Assembly: GCF_018389705.1 (NCBI RefSeq) | Contig: NZ_CP065581.1 | Coordinates: forward strand, 660,001-692,000 | DNA length: 32,000 nucleotides | Source: Mycoplasma mycoides subsp. capri | Lineage (GTDB): Bacteria; Bacillota_I; Bacilli_A; Mycoplasmatales; Mycoplasmataceae | Direction of reading: 5' to 3' | Part shown: one piece after another, positions 1 to 9,396 of the stretch | Numbering within the stretch: the first letter of the stretch is position 1 | Layout of the letters: every line of letters begins with the position of its first letter | Made by a program: the position numbers and the translations under genes | The notes under the pieces: model-generated | What the model saw: the letters and a program-made list of their open reading frames with translations, nothing else | Database searches by the model: none | Told to the model about the DNA's origin: nothing

Positions 1-92
1 ATAACGAATTAGAATACGTTTATAATTCTTTTGAAATAGATGATAAATGAGAAGAATATCAAAAAAGTAATTCTAATAAACATAAGATGTAA
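1..92 (+). CDS. 3' end of a CDS continuing from outside the window; product not identifiable
   Basis: Open frame ...NELEYVYNSFEIDDKWEEYQKSNSNKHKM* (TGA=Trp), stop TAA at about 90-92, followed directly by an intrinsic terminator. Confidence 0.55.
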
Positions 93-93
93 T

Positions 94-119
94 TAAGACT
101 ATAATATAGTCTTTTTTTT
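94..119 (+). terminator. Rho-independent terminator
   Basis: AGACTAT-AAT-ATAGTCT stem-loop followed by a T-run. Confidence 0.7.
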
Positions 120-235
120 ATACTTAATATATACTAAGTAAGTATAAAATATTATAAACATATAAACTTTATGCATATTAAATAATTATTTTGATATTAA
201 TTGCAATACCAAAATTATTATGATATATTTAAAGT

Positions 236-350
236 ATAAATATTTTATATTTATACGTTGAGTGGCAGTGAGTTCATCTGGTCATGGCGGACGATTGGTG
301 AAGCCGAAAATAATTGAACTAAAAATAGAACTCCTTTTAGGGGTTCTTTT
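236..350 (+). ncRNA. Putative small RNA, tandem copy A
   Basis: Promoter TTGCAA (201-206) N17 TATATT (224-229); 5' hairpin TATAAATATTTTATATTTATA; GC-rich core; terminator AGAACTCCTTTTAGGGGTTCTTTTTTT. No coding frame. Confidence 0.7.
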
Positions 351-469
351 TTTATACTTAATATATACTAAGTAAATATAAAATATAAGAATAATATAAA
401 CTTTATACATATTAAATAGTTTTCTTGCTATTAGTTGCAATACCAAAATTATTATGATATAGTTAAACT

Positions 470-586
470 ATAAATATTTTATATTTATGATATCGGTGGT
501 TATAGTTCTTCCGGCCATGTCTACCATTTGAGATGACGAAATTGAGAATAGAACTAAGTTAGAACTCTCTTAGAAGAGTTCTTTTT
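470..586 (+). ncRNA. Putative small RNA, tandem copy B (diverged core)
   Basis: Promoter TTGCAA (435-440) N17 TATAGT (458-463); same 5' hairpin; core differs from A and C but keeps TAGTTCT/AGAACTA pairing; terminator AGAACTCTCTTAGAAGAGTTCTTTTTTT. Confidence 0.68.
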
Positions 587-702
587 TTATACTTAATATA
601 TACTAAGTAAATATAAAATATATTAGAACGTATAAACTTTGTATATGTATTAAGTATTTTTTTATTTTTGCAAGTCCAGAATTAATATGATATAGTTAAA
701 GT

Positions 703-819
703 ATAAATATTTTATATTTATAAGTTGAGCGGTAGCAAGTTCATCTAAACCGTGACTTCCGGCGGTGAAGTCTAAATAATTTGAACTAAAAATAGAACTC
801 CTTTTGAGAGTTCTTTTTT
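703..819 (+). ncRNA. Putative small RNA, tandem copy C
   Basis: Promoter TTGCAA (668-673) N17 TATAGT (691-696); hairpin GACTTC-CGGCGGT-GAAGTC; AGTTCA/TGAACT pairing; terminator AGAACTCCTTTTGAGAGTTCTTTTTTT. Confidence 0.7.
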
Positions 820-934
820 TATACTTAATACGTACTAACTAACTTTAAAATATATTAGAAAAATTAAATTTTATCTATATTAAATAGTTTGCTTGTTATT
901 TATTTAAAATAATATTAAAAATAAATTAAAGATT

Positions 935-1462
935 ATGATGAATAAAATTATAAAACAACCAGTTTATAATACTAATCAAACTGAATGCTTAGAAATTGGA
1001 TATGAATGATATGATAATCAAATATCAATTATTCCATTTCCTCATACTATTAAAAAAGTTCCAAGAGTTTTACCAACTCAAATTACTAGTTTAGAAAATG
1101 CCTTTATTTATAATCAAAATGAATTTATTGATGGAATAGAGTACTGAGATACATCAAATATAACTAATATGTATTCTATGTTTTATGAAGCTAATAATTT
1201 TAATCAAAATATTAGCATGTGAGATGTAAGTAATGTTGTTGATATGAGTTATATGTTTTGTTGAGCTTATAAATTTAATCAAGACATTTCAAATTGAAAT
1301 GTAAGTAATGTTAAATATATGAATGATATGTTTTATTGTGCTAATAATTTTAATCAAAATATTTCTAAATGAAATGTAAGTAATGTAAAAAAGGATTATC
1401 AAAATATTGGTAGTGGTGGGTTTAATTGAAAAGATGAGTTTAAACCTAAGTTTAATAAATAG
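935..1462 (+). CDS. DUF285/BspA-like (PARCEL-type) repeat protein, 175 aa, no evident signal peptide
   Basis: Continuous code-4 frame with repeats of NFNQNISMWDVSNVVDMSYMFCWAYKFNQDISNWNVSNVKYMNDMFYCANNFNQNISKWNVSNVK, the DUF285 ~25-aa repeat. Confidence 0.85.
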
Positions 1463-1481
1463 AATTAATAACAAGATATAA

Positions 1482-1506
1482 AAGCAGTCTTAGACTGCTT
1501 TTTTTG
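1482..1506 (+). terminator. Rho-independent terminator
   Basis: AAGCAGTC-TTA-GACTGCTT followed by T-run. Confidence 0.75.
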
Positions 1507-1630
1507 TTAAATGTTTTTTTAAAAAAATAATCATTTTTAAATAATAAAATAAGTGTTTATGAATAAAAACAAACTTATTAAAAAAGTAAAATTATAGTAA
1601 TAAAAGGTATTTAAAATATAGAAAGACATT

Positions 1631-3124
1631 ATGAAAAAACTATTATTTATACTTCCAATAACTTTAATACCACTATTAACTATTACTAGTTGTTCAACTA
1701 ATTTTCAATTACCAGAATCTAATAAAAAATATGATAAAAATAATATTAAAAAAGAAATAAAGAATTTTACTTATAATGGTATTACATATAACTTAATTAA
1801 AGAAGATAATATTGATCCAGAAAATGTTTATTATGCTAATGAAGTATTAGAAAATGACGCAAAACAATTTAAATCATATATTCCTGATTATAAAAAATAC
1901 TTTTATAACCAAGTAGATAATAAACTAAAACTTGCCACTCCTGATTTAGGCGCATCTTGATTTGATTTTCCAACTATTGCTAAACTTAGTCAATTTGTCA
2001 GAAGTTTAGAACATTATAATGTAGTAAATTCATTCAACTCATCTTTTATGTTAAAAGACAAGACTACTAAACAACAATTAACAAGTGAAGAATATAATAA
2101 CTTAGTTAATAAAATACTAGAAATTTTAAAAAATCAAAATAACTTAATTAAAACTATTAATAATGAAGAAGTTGATTTTAGTAGTATAAATAATTCTAAA
2201 AATGAAAAAGTTTCTGACCAATTACCATCAACACTAGAACATAGAAAACAAGAAATGGGATTTAATGATACATCATCTAACAAAGATTATTGGGGAACAT
2301 ACACTGAAACTAAATTAGAATCAGGTGCTATTAAAAAAGAATATAGTGAAACTCCATTAAAAGATAGTAAAGCAACAGCATTTCTTGATGGTTCACTAAA
2401 ACAAATTCCTGTTTATTTATGAAAACTTAAAAAGATTTTTGATTTTAATGGTAACTTTAAAAACGAATATTTCTTACAAAGAGAGTTTTTTGAAAAATCA
2501 TCTGAATTTAATAGAGAAAAGCAAGACTTAAATAATGAAATTAGTGATTATTTTTATAGAAATAAAATCAAGATTTATGCAATGCAAAAAGACTTGTGAA
2601 ATATGTTGATTGCATATTTAGAGTTTCAAAAAGCAATGACAACTTTAGGTAATATTAGTGATGAAAATTTAAGTTTAGAAAAGAATTTAGAAAATAATGG
2701 AGTTATAAATGCATTAATTAATTTTGAAAATAAGTTATTAGAGTATATGAAATTATCTCAATTATTTGGTTGATTAATTGATCCAAGTAAAGAAAATTTA
2801 AATTTACAACTATTTCCTGGTGGTACTCATTATTCATTTGAAACTGATTATAGACAAGCTTATATTTGAGCTTATAGAGAATATCACGAAATTATTCAAC
2901 CATTAAGTAAGCAATTTACCAAAACAAACACAAAATCTAAATTTGAAAAAGCATTAAAAACTCCTGAACTAGAAAAATATTATGAGTTTATCTGAGCTAA
3001 CATTAAAGCAATTGATAATGTCGATAAACCTTATGTATTAGGTGAAAGTGAAGCTAAAACTAAATTTAATAAAATAATTGATTATTATGCTAGAACCTTT
3101 AATTGAAAATACAAAAAAGATTAA
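1631..3124 (+). CDS. Lipoprotein, 497 aa (possibly of the mycoplasma aromatic-cluster surface protein type)
   Basis: MKKLLFILPITLIPLLTITSCS signal peptide with lipobox; two track ORFs (1631.. and 2048..) joined by in-frame TGA=Trp codons; W/Y/F-rich C-terminal half. Confidence 0.75.
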
Positions 3125-3141
3125 TAAAAAAATAAAGAAAT

Positions 3142-4599
3142 CTAAGCTAATAAATATTCTTTATCTTTAAAACTACCAGTAGTAATTAATTTATTCTTTT
3201 TAACTAGTTGATTTAATATTTCTCTACTTCTAGTTGGTGATACATTTAATAGTTTATCAATATCAATTCTTTTAAATTTAGTGTGGTTTTTAGCAAATTC
3301 TAAAACAATTTCTATTTGTTCAGTTGTAGTAGAACGAGACTTGTTTTTATCTGTATCAGTGTCTTGTATAATATCTTGTCTTATATTAGAGTGAATTTTA
3401 GTATTAACTTTATTTAAATATTCACTAACACTAATATTTGATGATTGATCTTGCTCATAATTTAAATTTTTTAAAATAACAATAAATGATTTATCATCAG
3501 ATATAAATTCTGGAGTATGTTTTAAACTGTAATTTTCTTGTATTGCATAAATATTTAAAATTTCTTTAATACCACTACCTCTTCTTTCCATTAGTTTTAA
3601 CATAGAAAAAATGTTTGCTAAAATTGGATTTCTTCTTTTAGATTCGATTCTATAAGGGTCTAATTCTTGTATTTTACTTTTATCAACCATTCCACCAGGT
3701 GAAATTATTTCTAATCTATCAGTATAAATATTAATATTAATTTGATCATAAAACTTAGTGTAATCTCTATGAACTAAAGCATTGACTAAAGCTTCTCTAA
3801 TAGCTAATTTTGGATAATCAGGATATTCTATACGTTTAGTATCTGTTTTTTTAAAGTCTACATTAGATTTGTTTTCTATAAATTGTTGACTATTTTTTAG
3901 TATTTCTAATAAATTTCCATCAAAATTTTCAATACTTTTACCACTTTTTTTATTTGATTTTTCAAAATCGTTTCAATATGTTGCAAAGACTAAAGAATGT
4001 TTAATAAATTTTTGATCTGCTAATAATGCACCTGCATTTGTAAGTACATTATTTTTAGCTAATTCTAGTGAAACTAAATCATTATAATCTTCTATAATTC
4101 TTATACCAAGTTCTTTAAAATAGCTATTAAGTAAATTAAAAGTTGCACTATTTCATGGTATATCTGTTTGTAATGAATCATATGAAAGGTTTTTTCCACT
4201 TAACCCTAAACTAAATATCTCTTCTCTTGAAGCAATATGAGTTTGATCACCATATCTTACATATGCAGTTAAAGTTCCTTGATCAAATAAATAATAAGGC
4301 GTATTATCACCTTTTTCAACTTCTATAATAATTATTGTTTTTTTATTAATAACTTCTGATTTTATGCTAAATTTTGGAATAGGATTTATTTTATCTTTTA
4401 TAAAACTTGATAATTTATTTATTTTATTTTTGACATTATCAATACCAATAATTTGACCATTATCATTAACACCTATATAAATAGAACCATTATTTGTATT
4501 TGCAAAAGCACAGATTGTTTTTAAAATGTTTTTAGGTTTGTTTTCATCAAATAATTCTTTGTTTTCATGTGTTGATGATTCAATAGGTACTTTAAACAT
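3142..4599 (-). CDS. AlbA_2 (Schlafen-like) domain putative ATP-binding protein / transcriptional regulator, 485 aa
   Basis: N-terminus ESSTHENKELFDENKPKNILKTICAFANTNNGSIYIGVNDNGQIIGIDN (AlbA_2); middle AIREALVNALVHRDY...DRLEIISPGG (HATPase_c_4-like, COG2865 type); C-terminal winged-helix-like region. Track ORFs 3142-3690 and 4153-4599 share one frame. Confidence 0.82.
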
Positions 4600-4640
4600 T
4601 ATATATTCTCCTATATTTTATAGAGCAATTCGATATATTA

Positions 4641-4669
4641 ATTATACCAACACTTATAAAAAATATAAA
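4641..4669 (-). promoter_or_regulatory. Predicted promoter of the AlbA_2 gene
   Basis: Minus-strand TATAAT (4641-4646) with a weak -35 TTTATA 17 nt upstream; overlaps AACACTTAT repeats 1 and 2. Confidence 0.5.
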
Positions 4670-4820
4670 CACTTTTACCAACACTTATTCTGAAATACAA
4701 ACACTTATTAAAAAATGAATGAAAATACAAAAACTTATTAAGAAATACCAACACTTATACTAACACTTCTTGTGAAATACCAACACTTATAGGCAAATAG
4801 ACTAAAATACAAACACTTTT
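4649..4820. repeat. Iteron-like array: nine direct copies of AACACTT(A/T/C)T upstream of the AlbA_2 gene
   Basis: Copies at about 4649, 4668, 4680, 4700, 4730 (AAAACTTAT), 4750, 4762, 4782, 4812; spacings 19,12,20,30,20,12,20,30. Confidence 0.85.
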
Positions 4821-4885
4821 ATGTGACTTTTGCATATTAACAAATTAAGATTTCCTTTATTATTAGAGTTTTCACCCTACTAAAT

Positions 4886-4911
4886 AAAAAAAACTTGCTG
4901 TATTGCAAGTC
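4886..4911 (-). terminator. Rho-independent terminator for the 4922-5347 lipoprotein gene
   Basis: Minus-strand ACTTGCAATACAGCAAGT then TTTTTTT. Confidence 0.65.
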
Positions 4912-4921
4912 TAAATTTTAG

Positions 4922-5347
4922 TTATCCATTTATACCTTTTAATCAACTGCTAACTAAAGAAGAGTCATCTTCATTATTAACGCTTCTTGGTGCATGACTT
5001 ACTGAAACTGATCTTTCAGCTCTTTCTTTTTGTTTTTTTAATATATCTTCAGTTTCATTAGTTGGTTTTTTATTTTCAATTGGTTTTGAATCATCCATTA
5101 ATAAAAATAATTCTTTAGTTAATTCTGAAGCAATTTCAGCATCACTTTTAGCTTTTACCTCTTTTTTAGCTACTGTAGTAGTTATTGTTGCTGTTTCAGC
5201 TTTCTTTTCTTCTTTAGTTTCACCATTTTTAGCTTTGTTAGATTCATCTGTTTTTATTTCTTGACTGGGAGTTTTACAAGCAACAGTTATAGCTGCACTT
5301 GATGCTATTAGAGCAAATGAACCTAATAAAGTTAATAATTTTTTCAT
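4922..5347 (-). CDS. Small lipoprotein, 141 aa, Lys/Glu/Thr/Ala-rich
   Basis: MKKLLTLLGSFALIASSAAITVAC lipobox; the track ORF ends at TGA (Trp), and the real TAA stop is at 4922-4924. Confidence 0.75.
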
Positions 5348-5456
5348 AAATAATTCCTTCTAATAAGGTTAGTTTATTCACACGATTTTTTTGTATATTC
5401 ACACATTAAAAATTGTACTAATTATAAAAATGATTTTTTTAATTTCTAATAAAAAA

Positions 5457-5489
5457 TAAAAAACTTGAATTACAAAATTCAAGTTTTTG
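5457..5489. terminator. Intrinsic terminator hairpin
   Basis: AAAAACTTGAATT-ACA-AAATTCAAGTTTTT near-perfect inverted repeat. Confidence 0.6.
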
Positions 5490-5498
5490 TTATTTATT

Positions 5499-6296
5499 CT
5501 AATTATTAGTTATAAAATCATCAATTATTTTATTTAGTTTTTCAGATTGATCTTTATAAACCATATGAGAAGCATTATTAATAATAACTGTTTTAACATT
5601 TTTAATAGTTTTATTAAAAAAATCTAATGAATCATCACAATCAATAATTCTATCATTTTTTGCTAAAACTACTAAAGTTGGAATATTAATAGATTGATAT
5701 GCTTTTGTTATTTTATTATGTAAGTTTATATCAGTTAAACTTTTTGCTAATTGAAGTATATATCTATTAGTATAATAGTTTAAATTAAACTTTGACTTAG
5801 CATTATTAACTCAATTTAAATTATTTAATAAATTATCATAATTATAGTAAATATATGGAACAAATTTAGTTAAATAATCATCAAATGAATTAATAAACAC
5901 ATAGTCTTTTGTTCAAAATTCTAAACTTAATTGAGTTTGATTAATTGGAGTAATTAAAATTAATTTTTTAAACAATAAAGGTTGTTTTAAATAAGCTAAA
6001 CTAATAACACCAGCTCCTAGTGATTTACCAATTAAAATCACATTTTTTAAATTATTGTTTTTAACAAAATCAATTAATAAATCTGAAAATTGTTCAACAC
6101 TAATTTGATGATTTTTAATTGGTTTTATTAGATTTGACCCTGGAAATTGTAAAGCATAATAATTTGATTTTGTTCAATAATTACTAAATGCATTTAAACT
6201 AGTAAGCTTAGAATTAAACCCATGACAAAAAACTATATTTTGCTTATCATTGCAATTATTTTTAAAAATAAACTCATAATCATAAATAATTGACAT
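5499..6296 (-). CDS. Alpha/beta hydrolase, 265 aa
   Basis: Code-4 frame with NIVFCHGFNSK, VILIGKSLGAGVISLAYL (nucleophile elbow), IPTLVVLAKNDRIID and C-terminal NASHMVYKDQ. Confidence 0.78.
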
Positions 6297-6304
6297 AATT
6301 TTTA

Positions 6305-9300
6305 TTAATCTATATTAACTTCTATAATTTCTGAAGCTAAAGCATTTTTTAATGGTTTAACTCTGATTTGATAAGTTCCTGAAGCTAAACCTTGAACTTT
6401 ATTTTTAGTTATATCAGTTCAACTACCATTGTTTTTTAATTTATATTGCATTTTATCATTTACACCAGTTAGTGTTTTATTAATTGATTTAATATTGTTA
6501 TTAGTTGGTATTTCTGATCTAATTAAATCAATTTTTTGACTATCTGAACTTAGTTTTTCATCTGATCCTTTATATCTTAAATAAAGAGTTCCAATAGTTG
6601 CACTAGGTATTATAAAGTCAGTTGGAACATCTTTTCAACTAGTGTTATTAAAGTTATATTCTAAATTGTTTAAATTATTAGTAATTTTAATAGAATCATT
6701 ATCTAATATTAAAATTTCAGCATTAGGTTTATTTTGTCTTTGAACGTTAATATTAACTGAAGTATTACCATTTAAATTAAATTTATAATCTTTTTTCTTA
6801 ATTAATTCTAATTGAATATTAACATCATCATAAGAATTAAAATGACCTAAAGTTAAAATATAAGAATTACCTTCTTGTTTTACATCTTTTATAAGAGCAT
6901 TTTTAATACTAAAGTTTCCTGCTTTTAAATCATTAACTTTTTGATCTAATTCAACTTTAATTGCATATTTATTATTATACTGTTGAACACTTTTAACATT
7001 TACATTAGTTAAACTGGTTTTTGTTTGAGTTTCAAAATTATAACTAATAGCTTTATTAGGTCCAATTATTGAAGTAACCTTAAACCCTTTTTCTTTAACA
7101 TCTAATCCTCTTTTATTAAATGCACTATTAACAACTTTGAAGTTTTTAGAATTAGTTATTAAATCTAAATTAGTTATTTGCTGAGTTTCTGTATTTCAAT
7201 TATTATCAATTAAAGCTAAAACATCATCTTCTGTAGTTACAAAGTTTTTAAATTTTAAGTTTCTATAACGTTTACCTTGATTATCAAATTCTTTATTAAA
7301 TTTATCAGAGGTTGTAAAATCGTCATTTGTATTTAAAAAGAAATTAAAGCTAGTGTAAGTATCTGTTCTATCTGAAGTAGCATCAATATGATATCATTCA
7401 TTATCTAATTGAACTAAGTTTCAAGCGTGTTTAGTACTTCTAGTTTCTCTACTACTTTCACCTTCCATAAATCTACATGGAATATCAAGTTCATCTAAGA
7501 TTAATTTTAATCCTTTAGCATAACCAGTACATACTGTATATTTTTTAACTAAAGCTGAATGAGCGTTTTGATTTTTTAACATTGGTCCATCTGTTAAATT
7601 AAAGTCATATTTAACTTCTTTAGTCATTCACTCATAAGCTTTTATAAGTCTTTCTAAAGGTGGTAGTTCATTTCATTTTTTTTCAACAACCAAATCTTTA
7701 GCTGCTTTTTTAGCTAACTCTTCATTATTTGCTAATTCACTTGTGTACTCTGAAAATACTTTAACAACAGCTGAAAATAAATAGCCTTTATAACTTGCTC
7801 ATATTCTAGCTGATTTTTCATCTGGATGATTACCATATGTATCTTTAGTATCTTTTCATTTTAAAGTTCCATCACTTGTTAATGTAAAAGTTACATCTTT
7901 TTGATCGTCATTTGAAGTTATAATTTCATCCTTTGGATAAGAAGTTCTTTGATATCATTTAATTTCATTTCTTGAAATTGGTTTTGAAGTACTTTTATCA
8001 ATAAGCTCTAATTTTACTTCATTATTTGTAAACTTATCTAGTACGATTAGTTCTTTATCAAGTTCAAATCTAGGATGAGAATAGAAATTTGGAGCAACAT
8101 CATTATTTAGCATCATTTCTTTTGCTTTATTTTCATCTAAATCAATTTTATTAAAAGCTTTAAGTGTGCGATCTATATATGTATTGTTAACATCACTAAG
8201 ATTTGCAGATGAACTAATAGTAATGCTTTCAAATGTTTCTGGTTCATATTTAATTGGTTGTGATTTAGGAATTGATGGTTGTGATACACTTGAAGAACTT
8301 ATCGGAGTAGCTGGAGTTAAAGTTATTAAAGGACTAACTTTTTTTTCTTCTGTTAATGGTGTTAAAGCAACATTATTTTTAATTACTTTTTCTTTTTTAA
8401 CAATAGGTTCTTCTTTAATTTCACGTTTTTTTCTTGGTTGTTGTTTAGTTGAACTAGTTGGTTCTAATTTAAATGCAGAAATTAGTTCAGATTCATTTGA
8501 ATTATTTTGTTTAGATTCATCTCTTTTATCAAGAACAGTATTTACAGTTGAACTAGTTGGTTTTGTTATAATAGCTTCAGCTTTTGGTTCTATATTTGGT
8601 TTTTTATCATCAATTGGTTTAATTGAAAGTCCGGGTATAATATCTGATTCATTGTTTAATTGTTCATTAATAGGTTCTTTAATTTCAAAATTAATTTCTA
8701 TTGTTCCAAAATATTTCTTTGAATCTTTGACTTTAATAATTAAAGTAGAACCTTCTTTTTTTATAATTTCAAAATTATTAATAGTTAAATCTTTTAAAAC
8801 AGTTTGATTAACTTTTAAAAACTCGTTTAAAATAGTTGTATTATTAGAATTATTTAAATTTGTTAAATTAGTAATTAAATTTAATGAGTTAATATTAATT
8901 AAAGCAGGAGTTAAATTAGTTCAATTAATAGTATTAGTTATTGTATTTAAATTAGTTTCATTAATTTTATTTTCTTTAGCTTCAAATTTAATATTAGTAT
9001 TACCTATAAATTGGTTTGAATTTTTAATATTAATAATAGCATTAGAATCATTAATCATTTTTACTTCTAATTGGTTTTCATTTAAATTAGATAGTTTGTG
9101 ATTGTTTATATCTAAAAAAGTTTTAATAATAGTTTTTGGAGTGTTATCTTTTATATCATACAAATTAGTATTTAAATCTAATTTACTAATATTTATTTGT
9201 TTATTATGTAAAGTGGTTGTTTTATCATTACTACAAGAAACTACAACAATACTACTAGTTAAAGCAGTTAAACAAGTTAAAATGGATATTAATTTAGTTT

Positions 9301-9307
9301 TTTTCAT
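6305..9307 (-). CDS. Large lipoprotein with transglutaminase-like (papain-fold) domain, 1000 aa
   Basis: MKKTKLISILTCLTALTSSIVVVSC lipobox; ORFs 8921-9307 and 7421-7627 share one frame; KYTVCTGYAKGLKLILDELDIPCRFMEG...KHAWNLVQLDNEWYHIDATSD matches the Cys/His/Asp arrangement of transglutaminase-like domains. Confidence 0.8.
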
Positions 9308-9396
9308 TATTTATATTTATTTTCTATTGATCTAATTATTTAATTTTATTTACTAATAAATAAAATGTCGCAAATATATAATATATCATAAAATCA

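Larger units (their letters stand above)
119..819 (+). repeat. Three tandem imperfect repeat units of about 234, 235 and 232 bp (starts about 119, 353, 588), with a degenerate fourth start at 820
   Basis: Each unit begins TATACTTAATATATACTAAGTAA, contains TTGCAA...TATGATATA and TATAAATATTTTATATTTATA, and ends in an AGAACTC...GAGTTCTTTTTTT hairpin. Confidence 0.85.

Noticed and set aside
472-540. Resemblance of copy B (TCGGTGGTTATAG) to the start of 5S rRNA
   Set aside because: Match is limited to a short 5' segment; the 5S-specific CCGAACTCAG-like region and paired 3' end are absent, and the flanks match the tandem sRNA units.
1289-1474. 61-aa minus-strand ORF
   Set aside because: Opposite strand of the DUF285/PARCEL repeats; a frame here is expected from repeat symmetry.
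4649-4820. Possible CRISPR array (regularly repeated short motif)
   Set aside because: The repeat unit is only 9 nt, spacings are 12-30 bp and follow a duplicated pattern, spacers are related to each other, and no cas genes are present.
8166-8807. 213-aa plus-strand ORF
   Set aside because: Antisense to the 1000-aa lipoprotein gene, which has a continuous frame and signal peptide; lacks a recognisable domain.
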